Assembly: GCA_963812395.1 (NCBI GenBank)
Contig: CAWEVG010000040.1
Coordinates: forward strand, 3,142-67,141
Reading direction: 5' to 3'
DNA from: an uncultured Actinomycetes bacterium
Lineage (GTDB): Bacteria; Actinomycetota; Actinomycetes; S36-B12; CAIYMF01
DNA length: 64,000 nucleotides
The notes under the pieces are model-generated. The model did no database searches. It was not told where the DNA came from and was given only the letters and a program-made list of their open reading frames with translations. A program made the translations under genes and the position numbers. How positions within the stretch are numbered: position 1 is the first letter of the stretch; the number at the start of each line of letters is the position of its first letter. This document shows, in pieces, positions 14,440 to 25,103 of this stretch.

Positions 14440-14600
14440 TCCTCACGAGGTGATCGACGCGGTCCGGGCGTGGCGGACCGGCCCCAAGGGTATCCGCGAG
14501 CCAGCCCGCCGGCCTAACCGCGCGGGTCGTCCCCGCGCTGGCCGGGGGGCCACATAGACTCCCACGCGAGCATCACACCTCGACTGTGGGAGCACGGGAC

Positions 14601-15470
14601 GTGTCCAACGAGAAGAAGCCCGGAACCGGGGCGAGCAACAAGCGCCGCAAGGAGCTGGCTGCCGCCAAGCTGGAACGCCAAGCTGCACGCCGCGCGGAGC
14701 GCGCCGAACGGCACAAGCGTCGGATGCTCATCGGTTGGGGCATTGCGGCGCTCGTGGGGGTCCTGGCGGTCGCGGCCCTCGTGTTCTGGCCGGACAGCAG
14801 CAGCAACGACGTGGCCGACCCGTCGGCGTCCACCTCCGCGTCACCGGCGCCTTCTGCGTCAGGGGACACGAACGCCTCGGCCTCGGCCTCGCCGGTGGCG
14901 GTCGAGGGGTGCGGGGACGCACCGACCCCACCCACCGACCCGAAGTCGTGGGACAAGGCCCCGGAGATGCAGCTCAAGGAGGGCACCGACTACCAGCTGG
15001 TGCTGAACACGAACTGCGGCGAGATCGTCATCGACACCTACGCCGCCAAGGCCCCCGAGACCGTCAACGCCATGCTCTGGCTGGCTGGCCAGGGCTACTT
15101 CGACTCGACGCTCTGCCACCGCCTCGTGACCGGCGGCATCAAGGTGCTCCAGTGCGGTGACCCCACCGCGACGGGAACGGGCGGCCCCGGCTTCACGATC
15201 CCCGACGAGAACCTGCCTGCCGAGTCGGGCGTGAACTACCCCGCCGGCACGGTGGCCATGGCCAATGCCGGGTCGGGCACGTCGGGCAGCCAGTTCTTCA
15301 TCGTGTACGAGGACACCACCCTCCCACCGAACTACACGATCTGGGGCGAGGTGGGCTCCGGGCTCGACGTCGTGACGAAGATCGCTGAGGCCGGGGTGGC
15401 CGGTGGCGGCACCGACGGGACCCCCGCCGCACCCATCGGGATCGAGACCGCCGTCTCGCAGGAGGCATAG
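14601..15470 (+). CDS. Membrane-anchored cyclophilin-type peptidyl-prolyl isomerase
   Basis: Basic N-tail, a TM helix (GWGIAALVGVLAVAALVFW), a Ser/Ala/Pro linker, then a cyclophilin core (FHRLV-like CHRLVTGGIKVLQCGDP, GGPGFTIPDE, GTVAMANAGSGTSGSQFFI). I place the start at GTG 14601, with GGGAG 8 nt upstream. The alternative start is GTG 14586. Confidence 0.88.
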   Translation: MSNEKKPGTGASNKRRKELAAAKLERQAARRAERAERHKRRMLIGWGIAALVGVLAVAALVFWPDSSSNDVADPSASTSASPAPSASGDTNASASASPVAVEGCGDAPTPPTDPKSWDKAPEMQLKEGTDYQLVLNTNCGEIVIDTYAAKAPETVNAMLWLAGQGYFDSTLCHRLVTGGIKVLQCGDPTATGTGGPGFTIPDENLPAESGVNYPAGTVAMANAGSGTSGSQFFIVYEDTTLPPNYTIWGEVGSGLDVVTKIAEAGVAGGGTDGTPAAPIGIETAVSQEA

Positions 15471-15531
15471 CACCGGGTCCGGACCACGGGCATGGGACAA
15501 TGACCGGCACTGGACTACGGAGGGCACGAGC

Positions 15532-16773
15532 ATGACCGAGCACGCCTACGGACGCGTCGACGACGACGGCACGGTGTACGTGCGTCGCCCCGACGGGCAG
15601 GAGGTCGCCGTCGGCCAATGGGCAGCCGGTGCCCCCGCAGAGGGCCTGGCCTTCTTCGAGCGCAAGTACGACGGACTCAAGGCCGAGGCCGAGCTGCTCC
15701 AGGCTCGCCTCAAGGATGGCAAGGGCACGCCCGAGTCAGTCACGATCGTCGTCGGCAAGCTGCGCGATGCAGTGGAGAACCCGCACGTCGTCGGTGACCT
15801 GACGGTTCTCGCCAGGCTGGCCGAGGAGCTCGAGGCTGCCGGTGAGGCCCGCAAGGCGGCCGCCGCTGCGGCCCGCGAGGAGACCCGGACCAAGACCATG
15901 GCGGCCCGGACCGCGATCGTCGAGGAGTCCGAGGGCCTGGCCGCCTCCACCCAGTGGAAGTCCACCGGCGACCGGTTCAAGGAGCTCCAGGACGCGTGGA
16001 CGGCCCTTCCCCGCGGGGATCGCTCGACCCGCGACGCCGAGCAGGAGCTCTGGAAGCGTTTCAGCACCGCCCGCTCCGCGTTCGACAAGGCCCGCCGGGC
16101 GCACTTCGCGACCCTGGACGCCGCCCGCAAGGAGGCCACGGCGGCCAAGGACGGCATCATCGCCCGCGCCGAGGCGCTGTCGACGAGCACCGACTGGGCC
16201 GAGACAGCCCGGGCCTACCGCGGGCTGATGGACGAGTGGAAGGCCGCCCCCCGCGCCGGACGCACGGACGAGGACAAGCTCTGGGCACGCTTCCGGGCCG
16301 CCCAGGATGCGTTCTTCGCCGCACGCAACGCCGCCCAGTCCGAGCGCGACGGCGATCAGCTGGAGAACCTGCACGCCAAGGAGGCGCTGGCCGTTGAGGC
16401 CGAGGCACTCCTGCCCATCGCGGACCTCGCGGCGGCCAAGACGGCCATGCGCAGCATCGGCGAGCGCTGGAACGCCATCGGCCACGTCCCGCGCAACGAC
16501 CGGGACAAGATCGAGGGCCGGCTGCGCAAGGTCGAGGACGCCATCAAGAGGTCCGAGGAGGACCAGTGGCGCCGGACCGACCCCGCGAAGCGGGCGCTGG
16601 CCGAGTCGACGGTCGAGACCTTCCGCGCCTCGCTGACGAAGCTGGAGAAGCAGGCCGCAGCGGCTGAGGCCGCCGGGGACGCACGAAAGGCCGCGGACCT
16701 GCAGGGACGCATGATCACCACGCGCTCACTGCTCGAGGCAGCAGAGAACTCGCTGGCCGAGTACTCACGCTGA
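15532..16773 (+). CDS. DUF349 repeat protein
   Basis: Intact ORF from ATG 15532 (MTEHAYGRVDDDGTVYV). It has repeated helical units of the W-x-RF-x-AQ/AR-x-F type (ELWKRFSTARSAFDKARRAHF, KLWARFRAAQDAFFAARN, IGERWNAIGHVPR). Confidence 0.8.
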   Translation: MTEHAYGRVDDDGTVYVRRPDGQEVAVGQWAAGAPAEGLAFFERKYDGLKAEAELLQARLKDGKGTPESVTIVVGKLRDAVENPHVVGDLTVLARLAEELEAAGEARKAAAAAAREETRTKTMAARTAIVEESEGLAASTQWKSTGDRFKELQDAWTALPRGDRSTRDAEQELWKRFSTARSAFDKARRAHFATLDAARKEATAAKDGIIARAEALSTSTDWAETARAYRGLMDEWKAAPRAGRTDEDKLWARFRAAQDAFFAARNAAQSERDGDQLENLHAKEALAVEAEALLPIADLAAAKTAMRSIGERWNAIGHVPRNDRDKIEGRLRKVEDAIKRSEEDQWRRTDPAKRALAESTVETFRASLTKLEKQAAAAEAAGDARKAADLQGRMITTRSLLEAAENSLAEYSR

Positions 16774-16872
16774 CCGCTGGCAGCCGAGCGGCCGCACTGC
16801 CGCACTCTGCGCCACGCAGACCCACGCCAGCGCCCGCACCAGCGCACCCCCACCGCACCGCCGCACCGCCGC

Positions 16873-17006
16873 ACTCCCCGCCGCCCAGCGCCGCCCCTCG
16901 ACTCATCCGCCATTGCGACGATCCTTGGTCGGGATTCCGGATGAATCCGAGATCGAGCCACTCAATGGCGGACCGATCGGACGGGGCTCGGCTGGGGGCG
17001 GGGACT
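16873..17006. repeat. Nested imperfect inverted-repeat element in the convergent spacer between the DUF349 gene and relA
   Basis: The outer arms 16873-16897 and 16983-17006 pair at about 20 of 24 positions. The inner perfect 10-bp stem is tccgccattg (16906-16915) with caatggcgga (16963-16972). The innermost hairpin is ggattc-cggat-gaatcc (16932-16948). A CCGCAC-type C-rich tract lies upstream and a G-run tract downstream. Confidence 0.5.
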
Positions 17007-17061
17007 CGGCTCGGGGGCGGGGTGGGTGGGGCCGGGGGCTCGGCGCCGGCCGGCCGGGCGG

Positions 17062-19329
17062 CTACACCCGGTAGGCGTCGAACACGCCCTCCACACCGCG
17101 AACGGACCGGAGCACTGACCCCAGGTGCTTGGGGTCGCCCATCTCGAACGTGAACCGCGACAGCGCGATGCGCTCCTTCGTGGTGGACACCGAGGCCGAG
17201 AGGATGTTGACGTGCTGGTCGGACAGCGCGCGCGTCACGTCTGCGAGCAGCCGCGACCGGTCGAGGGCCTCGACCTGGATGTTCACCAGGAACACCGAGG
17301 ACGCTCCCGGGGACCACGCCACGGGCACGAAGCGCTCGGCCTGGCCAGCCATGGCCGTCACGTTGTTGCAGTCCTGGCGGTGCACGGACACCCCGTTGCC
17401 ACGGGTGACGAACCCAGTGATCTCGTCCCCGGGGACCGGGGTGCAGCAGCGGGCCAGCTTGACCCAGACGTCGCCGAGCTGCGAGCCGATGACGGTCACG
17501 CCGGGGTCGGAGTCCGAGCGCTGCTTCATCTTCGTGATGCCCTGCGGCGTGACCCCCTCGGCCGCATCGTCAGCGGCCGCTGCCTCTCCCCCGGCCGTGG
17601 CGACCAGGCGGTGGATCACCGTCTGCGGGCTGATCCGGCCCTCGCCGATCGAGGCGTACAGGGCGCTGACGTCGTGCTGGCGCAGGTCGGCGGCCACCGA
17701 GGCCAGGGCGGTGGTCGACAGCAGCCGGTGGACGGACACGCCCTCCTTGCGCATGGCCTTGAGCAACTGGTCCTTGCCCTTGTCGATGGCCTCCTCACGG
17801 CGCTCCCGGGAGAACCACGCCTTGATCTTGCCGCGTGCCCGCGGGCTGCGCACGAACGTGAGCCAGTCCAGGCTGGGCCCGGCGCCCTCGGCCTTGGACG
17901 TGAACACCTCGACGGCGTCCCCGTTGGCCAGCGGGCTGTCCAGCGGGACGAGCCGGCCGTTGACCCGGGCGCCGACGCACCGATGGCCGAGCTCGGTGTG
18001 CACCGCGTAGGCGAAGTCGACCGGGGTCGAGCCCGAGGGCAGGGCGATCACGTCCCCTCGGGGGGTGAAGACGAACACCTCGGTGGACCCGAGGTCGTAG
18101 CGCAGCGACTCGAGGAACTCGCCGGGGTCCTCGGTCTCGCGCTGCCACTCCACGAGCTGGCGCAGCCACCCGAGGTCATCGGGTCCGAGCTTGCCGCCCA
18201 CCTCGGTCTGCTTGTACCGCCAGTGCGCCGCGATGCCGTACTCGGCTGAGCGGTGCATCTCGTGGGTGCGGATCTGCACCTCCACCGGCTTGCCGTCGGG
18301 CCCGATGACCGTCGTGTGCAGCGACTGGTACATGTTGAACTTGGGCATCGCGATGTAGTCCTTGAACCGCCCGGGCAGGGGGTTCCAGGCCGCGTGCAGC
18401 GTGCCGAGCACGGCGTAGCAGTCGCGGACCGAGTCCACCAGGATCCGCACGCCCACGAGGTCGTAGATGTCGGAGAAGTCGTGCCCGCGCACGATCATCT
18501 TCTGGTAGACGGAGTAGTAGTGCTTGGGCCGCCCCGTCACGGTGGCCCGGATCCGCGCGGCCCGCAGGCGCTCGTCGATGTCGCTGATGACCGTCTCGAG
18601 GTACTGCTCGCGGGCCGGTGCCCGCTGCCCCACCAGTCGGACGATCTCCTCGTACATCTTCGGGTGCAGGGTGGCGAAGGACAGGTCCTCGAGCTCCCAC
18701 TTGACGGTGTTCATGCCCAGGCGATGCGCCAGGGGGGCGTAGATCTCGAGGGTCTCGCGCGCCTTGATCGCCTGCTTCTCCGGCGGCAACCACTGCAGCG
18801 TGCGCATGTTGTGCAGCCGGTCGGCCAGCTTGATGACCAGGACCCGGATGTCGCGGGCCATGGCCACGACCATCTTGCGCACCGTCTCGGCGGCGCTCGA
18901 CGCGCCGTAGGTGACCTTGTCCAGCTTGGTCACGCCGTCGACCAAGGAGGCGATCTCCTCACCGAACTCCGCGCGCAGGTCGGCCAACGGGTAGCCGGTG
19001 TCCTCCACCGTGTCGTGCAGGAGGGCCGCGGCCAGGGTCGGCCCGGTCATGCCCAGGTCGGCCAGGATCTGCGCCACCGCCAGCGGGTGGGTGATGTACG
19101 GCTCGCCTGAGCGGCGCTTCTGCTCCCGGTGCAGCTCCTCAGCGGTGACGTAGGCCTGGATGACCACCCGGGTGTCGCTCTTGGGGTGGAACTGCCTCAG
19201 GGTCCGCAGGATGGGCTCGAGCTCGGGGGGCGCGCCCGAGCCCCGACCAGCGATCCGCGACAGCCTCGAGCGCAGCCCTGGGGCTGTCTCGACCGCCGAA
19301 TCGACGGGCAGGGTCTCCGGATCGGCCAC
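17062..19329 (-). CDS. relA: Bifunctional (p)ppGpp synthetase/hydrolase RelA/SpoT (Rel)
   Basis: Intact 755-aa ORF with an HD hydrolase domain ([19 protein letters not shown]), a synthetase domain ([26 protein letters not shown]), and TGS and ACT C-terminal domains. Confidence 0.97.
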   Translation of the reverse strand: MADPETLPVDSAVETAPGLRSRLSRIAGRGSGAPPELEPILRTLRQFHPKSDTRVVIQAYVTAEELHREQKRRSGEPYITHPLAVAQILADLGMTGPTLAAALLHDTVEDTGYPLADLRAEFGEEIASLVDGVTKLDKVTYGASSAAETVRKMVVAMARDIRVLVIKLADRLHNMRTLQWLPPEKQAIKARETLEIYAPLAHRLGMNTVKWELEDLSFATLHPKMYEEIVRLVGQRAPAREQYLETVISDIDERLRAARIRATVTGRPKHYYSVYQKMIVRGHDFSDIYDLVGVRILVDSVRDCYAVLGTLHAAWNPLPGRFKDYIAMPKFNMYQSLHTTVIGPDGKPVEVQIRTHEMHRSAEYGIAAHWRYKQTEVGGKLGPDDLGWLRQLVEWQRETEDPGEFLESLRYDLGSTEVFVFTPRGDVIALPSGSTPVDFAYAVHTELGHRCVGARVNGRLVPLDSPLANGDAVEVFTSKAEGAGPSLDWLTFVRSPRARGKIKAWFSRERREEAIDKGKDQLLKAMRKEGVSVHRLLSTTALASVAADLRQHDVSALYASIGEGRISPQTVIHRLVATAGGEAAAADDAAEGVTPQGITKMKQRSDSDPGVTVIGSQLGDVWVKLARCCTPVPGDEITGFVTRGNGVSVHRQDCNNVTAMAGQAERFVPVAWSPGASSVFLVNIQVEALDRSRLLADVTRALSDQHVNILSASVSTTKERIALSRFTFEMGDPKHLGSVLRSVRGVEGVFDAYRV

Positions 19330-19392
19330 CTGCTCCTCCTGTGCTGGTTGGCTCCGAGTGTACGACCCGGTTCAGGCTGGTGCTGGCGCCGA

Positions 19393-20569
19393 TCAGTGCC
19401 GGTCGGCCCGGCGCTGCTTCTTCGGCTGGTTGCGCGGACCGCTGGCCGTCCGCCGGGCCCGAGCGCGATCCATGGCCTCCGTGCTCGACGATGCGGCGTC
19501 AGCCGCCTCCGGGTCGGCGCCGTCCAGCGTGGCGACCGCAGTGGCTGTCGTGGCTGAGGCTCCCGGGCTCGAGCGGCCCGACGCGGGCGCCGCTCCACGT
19601 GGTCCCGCACCTCGGGCCTGGACCCGCTTGGCCAGGGCCTGCATCTGCGGGTTGCGCTCCATCAGCTGGGCCAGGAACGGGCGTGGCGATGAAGATCGAG
19701 GAGTAGGTGCCGGCAGCCATGCCGACGAACAGGGCCAGGGAGAGGTCCTTCAGCGTGCCTGCGCCCAGGAGACCAGCGCCCACGAAGAGGATGGCCGCGA
19801 CCGGCAGGAGTGCCACGACCGAGGTGTTGATGCTTCGCACGAGGGTCTGGTTGACCGCCAGGTTGGCCGCCTGGGAGTACGTCTGGCGGCTCTGGCCGAG
19901 GATGCCCCGGGTGTTCTCCTTGACCTTGTCGAAGACGACGACCGTGTCGTAGAGCGAGTACCCGAGGATCGTCAGGATGCCGATCATCGGTGCTCGGGGT
20001 GACCTCGAACTGCAGGAGCGAGTAGACGCCGACCGTGATGACGATGTCGTGGATGAGCGCGACCAGCGGCCGCGATCGCCATCCGCCAGTCGAAGTAGAG
20101 CGCCAGGAACACCGACAGCAGCCCGATGAAGACCAGCAGCGCCGTGATCGCCTTCTTGGTGATCTCGTTGCCCCAGGTGGGGCCGACCAGCTGCACGGAC
20201 ACCTGGTCGGGGTCGACGGCGCAGGCCTGTGCCAGCGAGCTGCGGATCTTCAGGCTGGTGGGGTTGTCGACGGCTTCGGTGGTGACCCGGATGAGGTCGT
20301 TGCCCAGCTGGGTGACGGTGGACGGCTCGACCCCGACCGCCTCGACTGCCGACCGCGCCTCCTCGATGGAGCAGGACGTGGACGGGACCTGGTACTCCGC
20401 GCCGCCGGTGAACTCGATGCCCAGGTTCAGGCCACGCAGGAACAGCGAGAGCGAGCGCGATGAGGACGATGACACCGGAGATGGCGTACCAGCGCCGCGC
20501 CTTGCCGACGATGTCGTAGGACAACTCGCCGGAGTAGAGCTTGTGCCCGAGGGCTCCCAACCGGGACAT
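19393..20569 (-). pseudogene. secF: Protein translocase subunit SecF; about four frame breaks as sequenced
   Basis: Four segments in alternating frames: MSRLGALGHKLYSGELSYDIVGKARRWYAISGVIVLIALAL; then SLFLRGLNLGIEFTGGAEYQV...ALYFDWRMAIAA; then LVALIHDIVITVGVYSLLQFEVTPST; then MIGILTILGYSLYDTVVVFDKVKEN...GTYSSIFIATP; then FLAQLMERNPQMQALAKRV... The switches are about 20445-20460, 20064-20073, 19988-19992 and 19676-19684. Confidence 0.9.
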
Positions 20570-20571
20570 GG

Positions 20572-22290
20572 CTACTTCCTCCCTGCGGTGGCCGCGGAAC
20601 GCGGCGCAGGCGGATCGGGGATGCCCAGTCGCTTGGGGTCGACCCCGCTGAGCGGATGCCCGGACTGGAAGAATCGCGTGGCCGCGAGGAGCGCCACGAC
20701 GGGCCGGGTGAACGTGAAGGCCACGAGGACGTCGATGACGGTGGTCAGGCCCAGGGCGAACGCGAAGCCACGCACGCTGCCGATGCTCAGGATGTAGAGC
20801 ACGACCGCGCCCAGCAGGGACACGAAGTCCGCGGCCAGCAGGGTGCGCCGCGCGCGGATCCAGCCGGTCTCGGCGGCCACGCGCAGGGACTTGCCGTCGC
20901 GGACCTCGTCGCGGATCCGCTCGAAGTACACGATGAACGAGTCCGCCGTGATGCCGATGGCAACGATCGCACCGGTGATGCCGGCCAGCGTCAGCGTGAA
21001 GCCGAGCGTCCGGCCGAACACGACGAACAGGCAGTAGGTGATGACGCCGGCGATCACGAGGCTGGCCACAGCGACCAGGCCGAGCGCCCGGTAGTAGGCC
21101 AGCAGGTACAGGCCGACCAGGATCAGGCCGATCGCGCCGGCGAGCAGGCCGGCGTGGAGGTAGTCCTCACCCACCGTCGGGGTGATGGAGGTGATCTGGC
21201 CCACCTCCAGGCTGACCGGCAGGGATCCGAACTTCAGCACGTTGGCCAGGTCGTTCGCCTCGTCGATCGTGAAGTCGCCGGTGATCGAGGCCTGCCCGCC
21301 CGTGATGGGCTCGAGGAACGAGGGGGCGCTGTAGACCACGCCGTCGAGGACGATGGCGAACTGGTTCTGCGGCGGGGTGTTGTCGTAGAGGTCCGTCGAG
21401 ATCTCCGCCAGCTTCTTGGCGCCCTCGGTGTCGAAGTTCAGTGAGACGGACCACTTGCTCGTCTGCGGGTCGAGGACCGCGGTGGCGTTGGAGACCTGGG
21501 TGCCCTTGATGAAGGTGGGCTGCAGGAGGTACTTGGCGGTTCCATCACGGTCGCAGGTGGCCAGCCACAGGTCCAGGACATCGGGCTGGCCAGCCCGGTT
21601 CTCCGGGTACGTGCAGTCAAGGCGCAGCGCGCGCTCCTGGAACTCGGTGGTGTTCTCCTTGGCCTGGACCGGTGTCTTGGGCTGCTTCACCGAGGGGCTG
21701 GCGCTGGGGCTCGCACTCGGGCTCGCACTGGCCGAGTCGGAGGGGGCAGCCGACGGGGAGGGGGCATCAGTCGGGCTGGCGGACGCGCTGGCAGCGGCGT
21801 CAGTCGGCGTCGGGCTGGCCTCCGTGGGCGTGGGCGTGATTGACGGGGTCGGCTCCGCGGACGGGGTCGCGCTGGGGTCGACACCCTCGGGGTTCGTGAT
21901 CGCCTCGACCTCGCGGAAGGCCAGCTGCGCGGTCCGACCGACCAGGTCCACCAGGCGGTCCTGGGAAACCGAGCCCGGGACGGAGACGATGATGGCGGCG
22001 TTGTCGCCAGAACCCTGGACGGTCACCTCCGACTCGGCAACACCCAGTCCGTCCACGCGTTGCCGGATGATCGTCACGGCCTGGTCGAGCTGCTCCTGGG
22101 TGATCGACCCCTCGGTCCCCGGCGCGGCGGTCGGCAGCAGGGTGACCTGGGTCCCGCCCTGCAGGTCGAGCCCCAGTTGGGGGGCGTTCGACGCCCCCGG
22201 CCAGAACGCCCATCCGATGAGCAGGGCCACGCCGAGGAGCATCGGCCCCAGGACGCGCCACGGATGGTAGCGGGACACGGTACTAGCCAC
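20572..22290 (-). CDS. secD: Protein translocase subunit SecD (with a Ser/Pro/Thr/Ala-rich insert)
   Basis: Intact frame with LGLDLQGGTQVTL, QRVDGLGVAESEVTVQG and a C-terminal 6-TM SecD/F domain (ITADSFIVYFERIRDE). I place the start at GTG 22290, overlapping the yajC stop. The track ORF extends to 22434. Confidence 0.92.
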   Translation of the reverse strand: MASTVSRYHPWRVLGPMLLGVALLIGWAFWPGASNAPQLGLDLQGGTQVTLLPTAAPGTEGSITQEQLDQAVTIIRQRVDGLGVAESEVTVQGSGDNAAIIVSVPGSVSQDRLVDLVGRTAQLAFREVEAITNPEGVDPSATPSAEPTPSITPTPTEASPTPTDAAASASASPTDAPSPSAAPSDSASASPSASPSASPSVKQPKTPVQAKENTTEFQERALRLDCTYPENRAGQPDVLDLWLATCDRDGTAKYLLQPTFIKGTQVSNATAVLDPQTSKWSVSLNFDTEGAKKLAEISTDLYDNTPPQNQFAIVLDGVVYSAPSFLEPITGGQASITGDFTIDEANDLANVLKFGSLPVSLEVGQITSITPTVGEDYLHAGLLAGAIGLILVGLYLLAYYRALGLVAVASLVIAGVITYCLFVVFGRTLGFTLTLAGITGAIVAIGITADSFIVYFERIRDEVRDGKSLRVAAETGWIRARRTLLAADFVSLLGAVVLYILSIGSVRGFAFALGLTTVIDVLVAFTFTRPVVALLAATRFFQSGHPLSGVDPKRLGIPDPPAPRSAATAGRK

Positions 22291-22657
22291 GATCGGCCTC
22301 CTGGGTTGGGCCTGCGACAGCCTCGTCGACGCCGCCAGCGGCGCCCGGGGCCCCGCCGAGTTCAGTCTCGGGAAGGTCGCGGGTCTCGGACGCGCCCACG
22401 GCCGCCGGGACCACCTGGGCGATGGCCGCCGCAAGCATCTCGATCACGACTCCCGGAGAGATCTCCACCGACACCCGCTCCGCGTCGATGGACACGACGG
22501 TCCCGAAGACGCCGGCCGTGGTCATGACCCGCTGACCGGGTGCCAACGAGGCCACCAGCGCGGCCTGGGCCTTGCGGCGGGTAGAGGACGGACGGATGAT
22601 CAGCAGCCAGAAGGCGGCCGCAATGGCAGCAAAGGGCAGGAGTTCGACGAGCGTCAT
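22283..22657 (-). CDS. yajC: Preprotein translocase subunit YajC
   Basis: MTLVELLPFAAIAAAFWLLIIRPSSTRRKAQ...LAPGQRVMTTAGVFGTVVSID. I place the start at ATG 22657, with GAAAGG upstream. Confidence 0.85.
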   Translation of the reverse strand: MTLVELLPFAAIAAAFWLLIIRPSSTRRKAQAALVASLAPGQRVMTTAGVFGTVVSIDAERVSVEISPGVVIEMLAAAIAQVVPAAVGASETRDLPETELGGAPGAAGGVDEAVAGPTQEADRG

Positions 22658-22687
22658 GGGGGACCTTTCGCACAATTGGACCCGATT

Positions 22688-23764
22688 CTAGACGCCCGTG
22701 GCAGTACCTCGGTCATTCCCGTCCGGTGCGTCGCTGTCGAACGGCAGCCCGATCTGGCCGATCGTCGTCGGTGGCGCCATGCCCAGGTGCCGCCATGCAG
22801 CCTCCGTGGCCACGCGGCCGCGCGGCGTGCGGTACAGCAACCCAGCCCGGACGAGGAACGGCTCGGCGACCGTCTCCACGGTCTCGGGCTCCTCCGCGAC
22901 AGCAACGGCAAGCGTGGACAGGCCCACGGGGCCGCCCCGGAATGTCCTCAGCAACGCCTCGAGCACTGCGCGATCAAGGCGGTCCAGGCCGAGGGCGTCG
23001 ACCTCGTAGAGGTCCAGCGCTGCATGGGCGGTCCGCTGGTCGATCGAGCGGTCACCATGGACCAGGGCGTAGTCACGCACCCGGCGCAAGAGGCGGTTGG
23101 CGACTCGGGGGGTGCCCCGCGACCGACCGGCGATCTCCAGCGCCCCGAGCTCGTCGATCTCGACGCCCAGCAGCCGGGCCGAGCGGTTGACGATGGTGAA
23201 CAGGTCGGAGTCGGCGTAGAAGTCCATGTGGGCCGTGAACCCGAACCGGTCGCGCAGCGGACCGGGGAGCAGGCCCGCCCGGGTGGTGGCGCCCACCAGG
23301 GTGAACGGCGCGAGGTCCAACGGGATGGCCGTGGCGCCCGGGCCCTTGCCGACGACGATGTCGACCCGGAAGTCCTCCATCGCCACGTACAGCATCTCCT
23401 CGGCAGGGCGGGCCATCCGGTGGATCTCGTCGAGGAACAGCACCTCACCGGGCACCAGGCTGGACAGCACGGCGGCGAGATCGCCCGCGTGCTGGATCGC
23501 CGGCCCGGAGGTGATCCGCATCGGGGCCGACATCTCCCCGGCGATGATCATCGCCAGGGTGGTCTTGCCCAGGCCAGGGGGCCCGGACAGCAGCACGTGG
23601 TCCGCGGTGGCGTTCCTGTGACGTGCGGCCTCCAGCACCAGTCCCAACTGGGACCGCACTCGATCCTGGCCGATGAAGTCCGCCAGGCTTCGGGGGCGCA
23701 GCGCCCCCTCGGCCGCGATGTCCTCGTCGTCGGCCTCCCCGCGGACCAGCTCGTCGTCGCTCAC
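22688..23764 (-). CDS. ruvB: Holliday junction branch-migration helicase RuvB
   Basis: Intact 358-aa ORF with [12 protein letters not shown], Walker [10 protein letters not shown] and Walker B LFLDEIHR. Confidence 0.97.
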   Translation of the reverse strand: MSDDELVRGEADDEDIAAEGALRPRSLADFIGQDRVRSQLGLVLEAARHRNATADHVLLSGPPGLGKTTLAMIIAGEMSAPMRITSGPAIQHAGDLAAVLSSLVPGEVLFLDEIHRMARPAEEMLYVAMEDFRVDIVVGKGPGATAIPLDLAPFTLVGATTRAGLLPGPLRDRFGFTAHMDFYADSDLFTIVNRSARLLGVEIDELGALEIAGRSRGTPRVANRLLRRVRDYALVHGDRSIDQRTAHAALDLYEVDALGLDRLDRAVLEALLRTFRGGPVGLSTLAVAVAEEPETVETVAEPFLVRAGLLYRTPRGRVATEAAWRHLGMAPPTTIGQIGLPFDSDAPDGNDRGTATGV

Positions 23765-24369
23765 GCGCGGTCCAGGTGGCGCAGGGCGGAGCGAAGGAGC
23801 GCCGGCACCGACGGGTGACCACCCTCGGCCAGGACAGCCTCCGCCTCAGCCTGCACGGCCTCGGCCGCAGCGCGGGCGTCCCGCGGCGGCCAGCCCAGGG
23901 CGATGAGCCCGTCGATGACCGGGGTCGACCAGTCGTCGGCGGCCCTGCTGGCTGCGGTCGACGTCGCGGGCGCCCCGATGCGGTCCTTGAGCTCGAGGGC
24001 GATCCGGGCTGCGCCCTTGCGCCCGATGCCGGGGGGCTTGGACAGGGTCACGAGGTCGTCGGCGGCGACGGCCGCGCGCAACTGGTCGACGGTGAGCACG
24101 GCCAGGATGGCCTGGGCTGTCCGCGGCCCGATGCCGGTGACCGACTGGAGCACCTCGAACGCCTGCCGCTCGTCCTCATCACTGAAGCCGAACAGTGTCA
24201 GGGAGTCCTCGCGGACGACCAGCGCCGTGGCCACCTTGGCCGGTGCACCCGGACGCAGCTCAGCGAGGGTGCGCGGACCGCACAGGACGGACAGGCCGAC
24301 CCCGCCGACGTCAATGACCGCATGGTCGGCCTCCACCGACGCGACGGTCCCGTGCACGAAGGCGATCAC
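23761..24369 (-). CDS. ruvA: Holliday junction DNA-binding protein RuvA
   Basis: [28 protein letters not shown]...LTLFGF...[19 protein letters not shown]...[11 protein letters not shown]. The GTG 24369 start overlaps the ruvC TGA (GTGA). It has a 4-nt overlap with the ruvB start. Confidence 0.93.
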   Translation of the reverse strand: MIAFVHGTVASVEADHAVIDVGGVGLSVLCGPRTLAELRPGAPAKVATALVVREDSLTLFGFSDEDERQAFEVLQSVTGIGPRTAQAILAVLTVDQLRAAVAADDLVTLSKPPGIGRKGAARIALELKDRIGAPATSTAASRAADDWSTPVIDGLIALGWPPRDARAAAEAVQAEAEAVLAEGGHPSVPALLRSALRHLDRA

Positions 24370-24989
24370 CGGGAACCCCCGGCCCGCACGCCGACTCCTG
24401 CCGAGCGCGCGGGCACCGTGCCGACCGGCCCTGCAGCCTGAGCGGCAGACCGCGGGACCCGGGTCGGGATCCGCGAGGGCGCCGAGGCTGCGACGGCCGA
24501 CGCGATGCGCGCATTGGCCGCCCCGCGCCAGACGTGGCAGATGGCCAGGGCCAGGGCGTCGGTGGCGTCCACCGGCTTCGGCGCCGACTCCAGGCGAAGG
24601 ATCCGCACCACCATTCCAGCCACCTGGGCCTTGTCTGCGCGCCCCGTGCCCGTCACGGCGGCCTTCACCTCGCTGGGCGTGTGCCACGCGACCGGGAGCC
24701 CAGCCTCCGCGGCGGCCAGGACCGCGGCCGCAGACGCCTGGGCGGTGCCCATGACGGTGTGCAGGTTGTGCTGGCTGAACATCCGCTCGATGGCAACGAC
24801 GTCCGGCGAGAGCTCCTCGATGAGCGACTGGATGCGCCTGCTGATCACGAGCAGGCGCTCGGGCAGAGGATCGGAGGCGGGCGTTGTGACCACCTCGACA
24901 TGCCGCAGGGTCAGCGGACGGCCGAGGGAGCCCTCCACGAGGCCCACCCCGCACCGGGTCAGGCCCGGATCGACACCGAGTACGCGCAC
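24366..24989 (-). CDS. ruvC: Crossover junction endodeoxyribonuclease RuvC
   Basis: [16 protein letters not shown]...VAIERMF...[20 protein letters not shown]...[12 protein letters not shown], followed by a non-conserved Ala/Arg-rich tail. Confidence 0.93.
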   Translation of the reverse strand: MRVLGVDPGLTRCGVGLVEGSLGRPLTLRHVEVVTTPASDPLPERLLVISRRIQSLIEELSPDVVAIERMFSQHNLHTVMGTAQASAAAVLAAAEAGLPVAWHTPSEVKAAVTGTGRADKAQVAGMVVRILRLESAPKPVDATDALALAICHVWRGAANARIASAVAASAPSRIPTRVPRSAAQAAGPVGTVPARSAGVGVRAGGSR

Positions 24990-25103
24990 GTCACCTCCCG
25001 ATACGAACAGGTGTTCGCACCCTATCGGGAGGCGTGCCCCGCCACCGGCACGACACGCGTGCGCAGTCCGGGCACTGCGCCCCTCGGACCGACGGGCGCG
25101 GCG

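Noticed and set aside
14559-14592. A 7-bp inverted repeat (ctcccac ... gtgggag) that would sequester the GGGAG ribosome-binding site of the cyclophilin gene.
   Set aside because: A TAGACT -10-like hexamer at 14555-14560 would place the transcription start inside or after the left arm, so the hairpin may never be transcribed whole. The stem is short with a 20-nt loop.
16790-16900. CCGCAC-type short repeats as a possible CRISPR array or minisatellite.
   Set aside because: The units are only 6-8 nt, degenerate and contiguous. There is no repeat-spacer architecture and no cas genes are present.
19330-19392. Missing apt (adenine phosphoribosyltransferase) between secF and relA, which I remember being present in mycobacterial synteny.
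   Set aside because: Only 64 nt separate the two genes and nothing resembles an apt remnant. I treat this as ordinary synteny variation rather than a deletion scar.
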